In this document: piece after piece, positions 50,581 to 63,926 of the stretch | Layout of the letters: every line of letters starts with the position of its first letter | How positions within the stretch are numbered: position 1 is the first letter of the stretch | Assembly: GCA_964247055.1 (NCBI GenBank) | Contig: OZ176053.1 | Span: 1,054,001 to 1,118,000 of the forward strand | Length of the DNA stretch: 64,000 nucleotides | Direction of reading: 5' to 3' | Origin: Paragordius varius | Lineage: Eukaryota; Animalia; Nematomorpha | Made by a program: the position numbers and the translations under genes | Notes under the pieces: model-generated | Told to the model about the DNA's origin: nothing | The model's input: the letters and a program-made list of their open reading frames with translations, nothing else | The model's database searches: none

Positions 50581-52070
50581 TCAAGGTGTATCAAGAAAAG
50601 GGTGTAGCAGACCCACGTCGCCACTGTCCACAAAAGACGTCCCTTGCTGCCCTTCGATACACCAGTCCATGGTGGTTCAGTGACAGCCGTCTAGTTGCGT
50701 CTCGGGGGTGGGGTTGACTTCTAGGGATATAATGATAAGTTTATATAAAGATATGTATAAAATAAAGTGAAGATATATTTGGCATTTACAGGTAAAATAA
50801 ATCCAATCGACTATATCCTATATATTTCTACTAATGTTTCATAGATCTAATATTCTTTAATGTATAACGTATGGATATTCTAGCTTAATTCAACCGAATG
50901 CATATTTATTATACTGTGACAGTATTTATCTTGTTTAATAGATTTTATAAACCAATATTTAACTTTTGCTAGTGGTATGTATTTCCGTTTTTAATCCATG
51001 TTTTTTATAGTCTATAAATCCCAGTTGGTATTCATAAAGTGTCTGATATTTAAATCAATTTTTCTCCTTTTATATGTGAATCTAACATTTATAGACCAAT
51101 AAATTAAATTTTCTTTAATTAATCTCTTAATTAAAACAATTATTTCCCTTTGTCCTCTTAAGGTACCGCATTCGTTATCTTTAATCTATAAGTTGTTATT
51201 TGCCTTTATAATACATTTAAAATTCCGCATTATAAATCTTTTTTTATTTCTCCTAGCAAATTAACAGTAGCAAATGGTTAAAATTATATATATTTAATGA
51301 CTTTTTTTATATAAATAATAAATGTGTAAAATCTAACAGTAGCCAATGGTTAAAATTTAACAAACTTTTTAATGGCTATTTTTAAAAATAATAAATGTGT
51401 AAAATCTAAAGGACATTTAAAATAATGTAAAATATAAAAATGCTTATCTCTAAGTTACGCATGGAAGTTCCAAAGGGACTACGTTCTGCTTGGTCGTAGC
51501 AACGAAACGTAAACTTTCCCGTGCCTGTGTCAATCTTTCCTCCTATGCGACTACAGCGGCACGCCCCACAGCGCTCCTATCATTATGCTAAAAAGCAAAG
51601 GCATACAAATGGGGAACCTAAGTGAGTGCATATAGAGTGACACCTTAGACGAAGCGGTACACATTTCGCTAAGCTACAGGCTATCCGGGAAAGATCGTTA
51701 CATCAGCGTCATGCGGTCTTCCAACCAATACTGGCATGCAATACATTCCCTTGCGTGTTTGTTGAAAATATTTATTTTTAGTCATAGTATTACCATTATT
51801 ATAAAGTTATCTCATTTTAGGCAAAGAATTACAATGACAATGTTCGCAAGTCCCAGTAAAAACAATTTTCATTCAATAAGCGTTCTTGTATATAAGGCGT
51901 AATTAGGATTATCATATCTTATAAATAGTGCATGAAGTTTTAAGTATTTTAGAAGCCAAAAAACTCGTTTTCCAATTTTCAGCGAATAAAAGCATATAGT
52001 CGAGAAATGTGTAAAAAATCATTATTAATATTTGAAGACATTAAAACCAGCTCGTTAGTCAATCGTTAAA
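50581..52070 (-). mobile_element. 1.49-kb insertion unique to one unit; probably a non-autonomous RTE-like retroelement derivative
   Basis: Empty site gtggtta|cacaag in all other units, TA duplicated, no TIRs. Minus strand shows NECGTLRGQREIIVLIKRLIKE (~51110-51180) and YQLGFIDYKK (~51001-51030), resembling RTE RT motifs QCGFR.GRGTRE.I and FIDY.KAFD; GQWRRGSATP near the 3' end. Classification is by-eye inference. Confidence 0.6.
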
Positions 52071-52715
52071 TACACAAGATTAATAAGCAACTAATATTTT
52101 ATCGAGCTATTTTTCCATTTATTATTTGAACCGAATTTATATCGAAGTTGGTTAATTTTTAAGCGCCCATATTAATGAGCTCTGCATGATTGGTGGAAGG
52201 AATTGAATATAGATAATATAATTATAATTTGAAAATTTGCCATAAGCGATTTCCAAAAATCAAAAGCATTGAAAATTAATCCATGAGTAAGCGGGTTTTT
52301 TAAAGTTTTGTGCGTTTAATGATAAATCGCTCTAATTTAGGAGCACCTTATAAATATTAAAAAAAATTCTTCTCTAATTAAAATGAAATATTTACGACAA
52401 TCATCCAATAATACATAATAAACAAACTATTATACCTTGATTTGTGGGTAGCATAGTTGGGGTTTATTATTTTAACTATGAATTTTACTTGTTTATTTAT
52501 TTTGGTGGTTGTCTGCACTAATTGACGCAATTCGATTAAATAAACAATGACAAAGTCTTTAGCTCACCAAAAACAAATCAAACCGGTTTATATCCGGTCC
52601 TTAATTGATGATCTATAAAAGAGCGGGTTTTTCTATGAAATTCAAATACATTTTTTATCGACTTTTCCCTGAAATAAACACTACCGAATTCCTAAAACTA
52701 CTGACCCTGTCTACA

Positions 52716-53412
52716 ATGTACAAACAAATCCATATTATCTTAACGCTTTGCATCGCCTTATTTGCAAGTAAATCCGTTATAACCATAATATTTTTAAACT
52801 TAACAAATATACCCAATATAATTGCACACTATATTTCTTATCCTTTAAATTTATATTTCTTTTTACGAATATGAAGGTTTGTCAATGGCATGCAGATTTA
52901 ACAATCAAAATATTCGGCCAGACAGATCCATCATTCTACGATCAGAAATATCGAACAAACATGTTTTCACGGATTGTGCGGATATGACAATAAAATTCAA
53001 CATCCAACCTAAATTAAACGGTAAACAAGAATTTTTTAAACAGACAAAAATTTTACCCATAGAATGTCGCATTATATTGAATAAAATAATTGTTTAATAA
53101 TACTTTAGTGATTAGAGAAATAAGCACAAACACACGCACAGATCGCATCTCAACAGAAATTCCAAGTTCTGGTGGCTCGCCCGTCATTATGAGTGCCCAA
53201 GCTATTGAATATAGAGTGGCCCCTGGCTATGCTGGCCCCATTACTGTAACGGTAAGTTTTTGTCAATATTTTTTAGAAAGAGATGTTTCGTTTTATTGAA
53301 TAATACATTAATGCACTTTAAATCAATATTTTTATAATGTATTTTAAATTTTGTATAGTATGGACGAGATCGATTATTCATCCCTACTGTAGTTTCGCCA
53401 AGAAGGAATTAA
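52716..53412 (+). CDS. Small putatively secreted protein, copy 6 (130 aa; exons 52716-52767, 52877-53020, 53109-53251, 53359-53412)
   Basis: Intact four-exon model; variants S94, A95. Confidence 0.9.
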
Positions 53413-55705
53413 AATCAAATAATGAAGAATCTGTTTTTATTAATGTATATAAACACTCATGTACATATTCTTTTTATAAATTAAAAATAATTTATTTATT
53501 TTATATTCAATTATGATTTTTGGATGAAACGATTTTAGATGCAGGCAAACAAATATATACATCGTTAGAAAATAAATTATAACTGGGAAAGCTTTGAGGC
53601 TACATTTGGCCAGCCACTTGATTTTATTCATAAACCTGCTGCTTATTTCAGTCGTGTTTTGGAGCTTGTCACAATTTTAGATTCTATAAATTAATAAATA
53701 TATTTTTTATCTAATATAGGAGGACAATGTTTGATAATTAAAAATCAACTTACAAACAGTTGGTTATTTAAAAAATTATGTCTCGAAATGTCATTGTGTA
53801 CAAAAAAATATAAATGTTATAAAGTGTCTAATGATTTTTATGGAATAAAACCTAATTTATTATATTACACTAGACAAAAAATATTTTCTGCTATTCGAGT
53901 TTTAGCCTTTTCTGATGTTTACTTTCATTTTAAGTAAATCCGAATAAAAATTTATGATTCTGCCTAAGATTTATTTATATTTCGGTTTTTTACGATTTTG
54001 GGCCCCTTATCAATATTTTAATAAAAAATATATTTTTTTTTAAATCAACAGCAAATGCCCATTTTTATTTATTGTTCGAAAGAGTAATAAAAACTCTATT
54101 GCATACTATATTTTACATCTATAGTTCATAATGTAGACTGAAACGACAAACCCGCTAAGCAAGAGCGTTCTTGTCAATAAATATATTTTTAAAACCAATG
54201 GACAAAAATAGCCCAAACTTTGTTAAGATGGCCATTTCCAAAATCCATTTTAGTTTTATTGATATTACCATTTCATCGATATTAAATATTTTCTTTAAAA
54301 GATTTTTAATTATAAAATTACAAAGACTATAAATAAAGTGTAAAGCATTTTTGATCTTTTACATTAAAAATTCAAATTATGCGGACAAAATAAATATAAA
54401 GACAAATATTTTTTTTAAAAGACAACCAACCATACTTTTTAAACTTTAATGTTTCCCATATAAGCTATTTAGTTACCGTTGTAAAATATGTAACTTATTG
54501 TGTTAGTATTATATCTATATTTCACACTTTGTTAATTTAAACAACAAGTTATATAGGTATAAATCTAGATTTAAAAAGTATGGTTGTCTATTTGAAAAAA
54601 ATATTTGCCTTTATATTACAACGTTTTGTCCGTATATTTTTACTGTATAACCATATGTAATAAATGAAGCTTTATTCCAATCTATGATTAGGAATTTATT
54701 TAGCGCGCACCGAGTTGCATTCTAACTATTAATGTTTGCTTAAGAATCAATATTTTTGGAGCGCTGTTTAATTCCACTGTTTCCCGTAAAATCTAAAACG
54801 GCACACCGTAAAAAGGAATTTTATGTAAATATTTTATAAATTGGTTCTTTGCTATGCAAGCCTATGAATATATAACATATAATTTGGTCGATAAAATATT
54901 AATTATCGTTTTTGACAAAAACAAAAATTGGGAGTTAAAATGTTGTTAGCGCATTTGACTAATTATAATACGATTCATAAAACATTAATGTTAAAAGATT
55001 TCGAAAACGAAATTGTTTTATTAACTTATAGTTATAATTCAATGTCTATTTGTGGTTACACAAGATTAATAAGCAACTAATATTTTATCGAGCTATTTTT
55101 CCATTTATTATTTGAACCGAATTTATATTGAAGTTGGTTAATTTTTAAGCGCCCATATTAATGAGCACTGCATGATTGGTGGAAGGAATTGAATATAGAT
55201 AATATAATTATAATTTGAAAATTTGCCATAAGCGATTTCCAAGAATCAAAAGCATTGAAAATTAATCCATGAGTAAGCGGGTTTTTTGAAGTTTTGTGCG
55301 TTTAATGATAAATCGCTCTTTAAAGTTTAGGAGCACTTTATAAATATTAAAAAAAATTTCTTATCTAATTAAAATCAAATATTTACGACAATCATTCAAT
55401 AATACATATTAAACAAACTATTATACCTTGATTTGTGGGTAGCATAGTTGGGGTTTATTATTTTAACTATGAATTTTACTTGTTTATTTACTTTGGTGGT
55501 TGTCTGCACTAATTGACGCAATTCGATTAAATAAACAATGACAAAGTCTTTAGCTCACCAAAAACAAATCAAACCGGTTTATATCCGGTCTATAAATGAT
55601 GGCTATAAAAGGGCGGGTTTTTCTACGAAATTCATAAACATTTTTTATCGACTTTTCCCTGAAATAAACACTACCGAATTCCTAAAACTACTAACCCTGT
55701 TTACA

Positions 55706-56403
55706 ATGTACAAACAAATCCATATTATCTTAACGCTTTGCATCGCCTTATTTGCAAGTAAATCCGTTATAACCATAATATTTTTAAACTTAACAAATAT
55801 ACCCAATATAATTGCACACTATATTTTTTATCCTTTAAATTTATATTTCTTTTTACGAATATGAAGGTTTGTCAATGGCATGCAGATTTAACAATCAAAA
55901 TATTCGGCCAGACAGATCCATCATTCTACGATCAGAAATATCAAACAAACATGTTTTCACGGATTGTGCGGATATGACAATAAAATTCAACATTCAACCT
56001 AAATTAAACGGTAAACAAGAGTTTTTTAAAAAAACTAAAATAATGCCCATAGAATGTCGCATTTATATTGAATAAAATAATTGTTTAATAATACTTTAGT
56101 GATAAGAGAAATAAGCACAAACACACGCACAGATCGCATCACAACAGAAATTCCAAGTTCTGGTGGTTCGCCAGTCATTATGACTGACCAAGCTATTGAA
56201 TATAGAGTGGCCCCTGGCTATGCTGGCCCCATTACTGTAACGGTAAGTTTTTGTCAATATTTTTTAGAAAGAGATGTTTCGTTTTATTGAATAATACATT
56301 AATGCACTTTAAATCAATATTTTTATAATGTATTTTAAATTTTGTATAGTATGGCCGAGATCGATTATTTATCCCTACTGTAGTTTCGCCAAGAAGGAAT
56401 TAA
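55706..56403 (+). CDS. Small putatively secreted protein, copy 7 (130 aa; exons 55706-55757, 55867-56010, 56100-56242, 56350-56403)
   Basis: Intact four-exon model; variant T80. Confidence 0.9.
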
Positions 56404-58175
56404 AATCAAATCATGAAGAATCTGTTTTTATTAATGTATATAAACACTCATGTATATATTCTGATTATAATTTAAAAATAAATTATTTATTTTATATTCA
56501 ATTATGATTTTTGGATGATATGATTTTAGATACAGGCAAACAAATATATACATCGTTGGAAAATAAATTATAACTGGGAAAGCTTTGAGGCTACATTTGG
56601 CCAGCCACTTGATTTTATTCATGTTAAACCCTGCTGCTTATTTCAGTCGTGTTTTGGAGCTTGTCACAATTTTAGACTCTAATTAATAAATATATTTTTT
56701 ATCTAACATAGGGAGACAATGTTTGATAAAAAAATCAACTTACAAACAGTTGGTTATTTAAAAAATGTCTCGAAATGTCATTGTGTACAAAAAAATATAA
56801 ATGTAATAAAGTGTCTTATGATTTTTATGGAATCAAACCTAATTTTATATATTACACTAGACAAAAAATATTTTCTGCTATTCGAGTTTTACCCTTTTCT
56901 GATGTTTACTTTCATTTTAAGTAAATCCGAATAAAAATTTAAACTTATTGTGATAGTATTATATCTATATTTCACAGTTTGCCAATTTAAACAACAAGTT
57001 ATATATATAGGTATAAATCTAGATTTTAAAAGTATGGTTGTTTATTAGAAAAGAATATTTGCCTTTATATTACAACGTTTTGTCCGTATATTTTTACTGT
57101 ATAACCATATGTAAAAAATGAAGCTTTATTCCAATCTATGATTAGGAACATTTAATTTAGCGCGTACCGAGTTGCATTCTAATTATTAATGTTTGCTTAA
57201 GAAACAAATATTTTTGGAGCGCTGTTTAATTCCACTGTTTCCCGTAAAATATCATACGGCACACCGTAAAAAGGAATTTTATGTTAATATTTTATAAATT
57301 GGTTCTTTGCTATGCAAGCCTATGAATATATAACATATAATTTGGTCGATAAAATATTAATTATCGTTTTTGACAAAAACAAAAATTGGGAGTTAAAATG
57401 TTGTTAGCGCATTTGACTAATTATAATACGATTCATAAAACATTAATGTTAAAAGATTTCGAAAACGAAATTGTTTTATAGTTTAACTTCTAGTTATAAT
57501 TCAAGGTCTATTTGTGGTTACACAAGATTAATAAGCCACTAATATTTTATCGAGCTATTTTTCCATTTATTATTTGAACCGAATTTATAATGAAGGTTGA
57601 TTGTTAAGCGCCCATATTAATGAGCACTGCATGATTGGTAGAAGGAATTGAATATAGATAATATAATTATAATTTGAAAATAAATTTGCCATAAGCGATT
57701 TCTAGAAAATCAAAAGAATTGAAAATTAATCCATGAGTAAGTGGGTTTTTTGAAGTTTTGTGCGTTTAATGATAAATAATTAAACGTTTAAAATTTTGGA
57801 GCACTTTATAAATATTAAAAAAAAAATTCTTATCTAAAAATCAAATATTCACGACAATCATCCAATAATACATGTTAAACAAACTATTTTACATTGGTTT
57901 GTGGGTAGCATAGTTGGGGTTTATTATTTTAACTATCAATTTTACTTGTTTATTTACTTTGGTGGTTGTTTGCAGTAATTGACGCAATTCGATTAAATAA
58001 ACAATGAAAAGGGGTTAAGCTTACCATAATATAAATCAAACCGGTTTATATCCGGTTCTTATTTTCTGAAGGGTATAAAAGGGCGGGTTTTTCCACGAAA
58101 TTCACAAACATTTTTTGTCGCATTTTTTGTGAAATAAACACCACCAAATTCCTAAAACTACTAACACTAGCCAAA

Positions 58176-58862
58176 ATGTACAAACAAATCCATATTATCT
58201 TAACGCTTTGCATCGCCTTATTTGCAAGTAAATCCGTTATAACCATATTAATTTTAAACTTAACAAATATACCCAATATAATTGCACACTATATTTTTTA
58301 TCCTTTAAATTTATATTTCTTTTTACGAATATGAAGGTTTGTTAATGGCATGCAGATTTAACAATCAAAATATTCGGCCTGACAGATCCATCATTATACG
58401 ATCAGATAAATCAAACAAACATGTTTTCTCGAATTGTGCGGATATGACAATAAAATTCAACATCCAACCTAAATTAAACGGTAAACAAGAGTTTTTTAAA
58501 CAGACAAAGAATGTCGCATTAGATTAAATAAATAAATGTTTAATAATACTTTAGTGATTAGTGAAATAAGCACAAACACACGCACAGATCGCATCTCGAC
58601 TGAAATTCCAAGTTCTGGTGGCTCGCCCGTCATTATGACTCCACAATCTATTGAATATAGAGTGGCCCCTGGCTATGCTGGCCCCATAACTGTGACGGTA
58701 AGTTTTTGTAAAAATTTTCTTTATAAATAGATTTATCGTTATTTCTGTATAATACATTAATGCACTTACTTTATTTCGATATTATAATGTATTTTATATT
58801 TCGTATAGTATTCCCAGGATCGATTATTCATCCCTACTGTGGTTTCGCCAACAAGGAATTGA
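58176..58862 (+). CDS. Small putatively secreted protein, copy 8 (130 aa; exons 58176-58227, 58337-58480, 58555-58697, 58809-58862), most divergent copy
   Basis: Intact frame and splice sites despite a shortened intron 2; variants L20, I38, D41, K42, S49, N50, S68, P95, S97, S115, Q116, T128; TGA stop. Confidence 0.9.
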
Positions 58863-59574
58863 AAATGATAATGAAGAATCTGTATTTATAGATGTATATA
58901 GATATAATAAATAAATTAAATATTATATTTGTATTTCTTTTCTGAGTGAAATCATTAAAATTAAGACTGCTATTTTTGTGGAATCGAAAACGGATAAATT
59001 CTTTATTACCTAGACCAATTTTTTTCAATATAAATTACATAAATATCTAAGATGGACGTATCAAACACTATATTTCAATCTTTCCATTCACAAAATTTTC
59101 ACTTAGTAGAAAATAATAACTTTTCTAATAAAACAACCGATTTATCAAATCTAAATTTATCAAATTTTGCAAATTTTATTTGCATGCACAAAAAATTAGG
59201 TTGTTTCAAAGTTTAATATAAATGTGTATTCATAAAAAATAATATATTTGAAGAAAACATGTTTTTTGTCGAAAAAATCTGATATTCAACAAATTATGCA
59301 CAGAGCCCAATATAAGTATATATATTGATGGTTGAGAGCTTCAATCCAACTATATGCCATATACCAGATGATGCAGCCATAAGTCATTAACGGTGTAACT
59401 AAGGGTTTGGGCCAGAAAAAGGTAGCCATTAATTTAACACATGCTTCATTTCTTTAGCGGAAACTAAACCGCAAACACCCAAAAGTTGAATTCTCCAAAA
59501 AGTAACGGGCTAAAATTTTCATTGACCAAATTTATCAAATTTTGTGCCAGAAAAATCAGTACGCATTTTTTTTC

Positions 59575-60330
59575 TTATCCATTAAAAAAATGATGTTGTA
59601 AGTTATCGTTTGCTGGTAAACACATAATGTGACATGTGTCATCGATTAAAGGTGTGAAACAATGTTTAAAAAATTTAACGGGCGCCCCGGAACACCAACC
59701 GTGATGATACAGTGTAAGAAATATTAGATGATGAGTCATAAATAAATGGGAATCGCCAGGAGCAATACATCTATCAGAAAAAACAATGAGTAGACGTTTA
59801 CGGATAGAAAAAACCAAAACGGAAAATAAGTCCCACACAATTAGAATCGTATCGAAAATCGCAGAATGACTCATGAAAACCTGCTTGAGCATAAAAGAAA
59901 AATTATTTTTGCATCGAATAGTAATGAATGATATGCCTAATATTTTATAAGTGTTTAAAACTTGCGTTTCCTTTTGCCATGCCAGTCTGAGAATACCAAA
60001 ACTATATCTCTTTGGCACAGACCATGCTCTGTGTCTCGTTGGACAAGATCGGTATTGGGTAAATCGTTAATACACAACTCAATATCCAAAATATAGTAAT
60101 TTGAATCATGCATTTTTAAAGAACCACGAAAATTGGCAGAAGACATGACATATTGGTTTACGTGGTAACGCTCCGTCTCACACAGCGCAACCAATAAAAG
60201 GCACCTTAAAATGCTTCGATTGGAACTTCTTTGCCATACACCCCTTACTTGGCGATATATGAACTTTATCTCTTAGCATCAAGGTAGGACACGGTTGCGG
60301 AGAACCAATTCATTATTTAAAGGTGTTAAA
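59575..60330 (-). pseudogene. Unclassified decayed coding relic, possibly a DDE transposase fragment
   Basis: GC-richer, coding-like, frameshifted minus-strand stretch (RLLIVFSDRC, IAPGDSH, GISFITIRCK); no terminal repeats found and family not recognisable. Confidence 0.25.
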
Positions 60331-60504
60331 AATGTCAAAAATGTTTTAACATTGGTTTGCAACAAAAGACATTTGGTTTTTCTGGCTTGGCAATCCTACC
60401 CTAAGAAATCGACGTAATGAATAAAAGATGGATAATTTATACATAACAAATTAATTTCCCTTCAAAATTACGTACATTTATATAAAGGTGGTTGAATACA
60501 TTTG

Positions 60505-60697
60505 TGTTATAGTTCTAACATTTTACCACCTTGTTTCGAAAAAGATTAATAGCTCATTTTCATAAACGTTTTTGTATTACTATATTAGTAAAAACCTCGT
60601 AACCACTTTGTTAGTATTATTATATTAATGAATAAAGTGTATAGTTGCAGGCACATTATCTCTATGAAATTGAACACATTTATACCTCATTAAGATA

Positions 60698-60739
<42 letters not shown>

Positions 60740-60832
60740 CACGATAATTTTGTAATATAGATATTTTTGTGATATATTTCGGTATTTTTAATATACAATA
60801 AATATCTCATTTACGTGTGGTCCCATCTTACA
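60505..60832 (+). repeat. 5' LTR (contains AATAAA at ~60797 and (AT)18 at 60701-60736)
   Basis: TG...CA ends; first ~70 bp align with 63927-64000 with several substitutions and a small indel. Confidence 0.85.
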
Positions 60833-61109
60833 TTGGTAGCCAAGACGCAATGACGGACAAACCAATGAACATAGTAGCTTTTAGCGCTATTGACAAAGTA
60901 TTAATAATATCGATCGTTTACAATATGGTTACAAACACAGTAATAAAAGCTACCGACAACCAATAGCAAAAACGTCTACAGCATGCAGGCACTGTGGCAA
61001 CGCGCACACGCTCAATCCGCGTGAAAACAGACGTGCAAATGTGGTAAAACCATTTCGCACGAAATGTGTTGAAGGATATAACCGTATAGCCAAAATTGAG
61101 CTCAAACAC

Positions 61110-63430
61110 CGTTGATTTTATATAATAAATGGCCGGAGGAAAGATATTTACGACACCGGTTCAGATGTAAACGTGATAAATACAACATGGCAACAAGTGG
61201 GCAAGCCGAAACTCCGCCCGATGCCGCCGGTCAAATCGTGCAACAACACCACACTTCCAATGATAGGCATCTCAACCGTAAACTTGGAGATGCACGGTAA
61301 ACAAGTGAAGGGGGGCATATGTGTCCTGAGTAAAAAAATGGGGATGGGACCGCTTATTGCGGACTAGACTAAATGACCAAATTCCAGGAAATGCCACAGG
61401 TTAAAGTAAATTACCTTAAATAAAATAAAATTTGCGAAAATTTTAAGAAAGTTAGGGTGTTATAAAGACCTAGTAAAAATTCACATTGCAGCGAATGCGA
61501 TCCCGAAAATATGGCCATGTCGCATGGTGCCTTTTCCATTAAGAGAAAAGGTTGAAAGCTGACGAGGCTTCGATCCTAACATTATACCTCTGACATGGGC
61601 CACGCCTGCGGTTAATGTACTTAAACAAGAATATGCAGTGACTTTCGGGTGACGATTATAAGTGGTTGGAACAAGACTCTTATATTAACCCTTGTTGGAT
61701 GAGGTTGGCGTCAAAAATAGGCGAAGGTTATTTCCAAAAATTGAACTAAAAGATGCGTTCCAGATGCCAGTGGCAGAGGAATGTCAAAAATTATTAAATG
61801 CCGTTTGGACTGGCTACGGCATCCATAATTTTTCAACGGGTGTAGGAACAGGTGCTAACTGAGAGTTCGGGACCTTGTGTAAATTTAGATGTCGTTCTGG
61901 GGGGGAGGTAACACTGAAAGTGAACATATTAACAATTTAAATAGCGTATTAAACAGTCTCGATAAGGCCGGATTCCTATAGGGACAAGATAAAATAATGA
62001 TAGGTGCAGAAAGTGAACTCTTTACGGTTTAAAATATTGATAAAGGATATAAGCCCATGTATAAGCAAAATCAAGGCAATAGGGAACTCAAAAGGTGTGT
62101 GGATAAAAAGTCGTTACGTAGTCATTTAGGATTTCGTTTCATCAATGTTTTATACCAAAATTACAACTGATAGGTCCCTTACAAACATTAACTAGTAAAA
62201 ATACGAATCGGTCTTGGACCGAGAAAAATGAAAAACTAGCAGCTAAGAATTTGTTCGAAAAAGTGTTTTTAACACCATATAATTTTAATAGGAAATAGAT
62301 AATAGAAACGGGTGCGTCAGATTTAGGATTTGGGTGCATTTTTAGTCATGAGGTTAATTGTGAAAGGGTGCAGATCGCTTATGCCTCGCAAATATGTAGC
62401 AACGCCGAACGGAATTATTCCACTATCGAAAAATAATTAAAAGCAATATTGTTTGTAAAGTTTCATAGTTTCGTTAGAAAATTTGTAATATTAACTGATA
62501 GTTTACCATTAGTAAAGTTAATTAATAAAGATCGAAACTTAAAAGAAATACATAATGCTTAAGTTCTAATTGGATTAATTAAATAAATGAAAACGATTTT
62601 GAAATAAGTCACCAAAAAGGGGATCAAAATAAAACTGATCGAAATGGCGAATTGACGAGATCGATGCCTATGACAGATTATGCGGTCAATCGAGATTTTT
62701 AAATTGTCATAACGTGCGGTTAAGCAGAGATGTAATTTGAAACCGCATTAGATCCGGTATTTTAAAAAGTAATAAAAGCGTTAAACATCCATAAAGTTTG
62801 TAAACCGAAACACTTGTTGGCATATCAATATGGCTTGTTAATTTTAAATGATCTTATAATTCCAACACAGCGATCATAACAACGTAGAGACCATGAAAGC
62901 AATGGCCAGAGTTGCGTGTTATTGGCCAGAATTAGAAAACGGCCTGGCAAAACCTAGAGTCAGTACGAATCGTGCCAACGCAGTAGGCTAAATGTATCTC
63001 AGAATTCCACTTAGTGGGAATATAATTTGGTGTGTAAGAGCATTTGCCTATTGATATAGCTGGACCAGTAGACGGTTATTCTTGATTGTTGATAATCAAT
63101 AACGCCTATAAATGTGCAGAAGGGTTTTAAGATAAGGTAACTGGAGTGAATGTAATCCACAAACTAGAAGAAACTTTTGCAAAGTTTGGTTTTAATAGTT
63201 AGCGATAACGCATCGTATTTTAATAATGAGTAATTTACGTCAAGTAGGTAAAGTTACCCCTTACCGCATAAAAAGTAATGGAATGGTAGAACGATTAGGA
63301 GGTACGATTAAAAATAAATACAAGATAATAAAAAATAGTGTATCCACCCACGAAATTTTAACAATAGCCTATGGGTGTATGGAAATTCAATACACTCCAC
63401 GACTAATGAAATACCGGCTCAATTAATGCT
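61110..63430 (+). pseudogene. Frameshifted Gypsy pol (protease, RT, RNase H, integrase)
   Basis: Protease YDTGSDVNVIN (~61150); RT PKIWPCRMVPFPLREKV, WATPAV, IELKDAF; RNase H IETGASDLGFGCIF..IAYASQ..AERNYSTIEK; integrase PYRIKSNGMVERLGGTIK. Confidence 0.9.
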
Positions 63431-63926
63431 CAAACCAAACCTTTTAAACTGGTTAAATAGTAGAGCAAGATTATTATATGCATCCCCCCACCTCAGTTTG
63501 CGATTAAAGAACCAGTAAGGATCAAAAATGAACTAAGTCCAGGTTGGCACGACGGAAAGATTACGGACCGTACAGTATTCATACAAGGTGTGAGACAAAG
63601 ACCGGAAGAAATTGTGAGAAAGCATATCGATCAAATCTTACACCAGCATCAAGCAACACAATAGTTTAGCCACAACATCAACCAACCACATCAAGCAACA
63701 CAAGTGATGATGTAATCACTGTCAGGGTTGATGTTATAAGAGCCGAATCTCAACCAAATAGCCCGAATACCCCCAATGACGAAACGGAATCGATTACCCA
63801 GACAACCACAAGTCTAAACAGTAATGATACCCAGAAACCTAGGACGACCGATCCCCCACAAAATATAGGAACGGTAGCCAGCGAGAATCTGTCAGAAATT
63901 CGTCCGCTTCCGTTAAGGTGGAATGA

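Larger units (their letters stand above)
22350..58930 (+). repeat. Head-to-tail tandem gene array, eight copies; TE-free unit ~2.99 kb
   Basis: ATG positions 22887, 26582, 32172, 37615, 42444, 52716, 55706, 58176. The 52716-55706 spacing (2990 bp) has no recent TE; larger spacings are explained by TE insertions and the 2470-bp spacing by a ~540-bp deletion at ~56940. The copy1-copy2 spacer is largely non-homologous. Confidence 0.95.

Noticed and set aside
51478-51512. Hammerhead-like ctgcttggtcgtagcaacgaaac
   Set aside because: Has GAAAC but lacks the CUGANGA core and the required stems.
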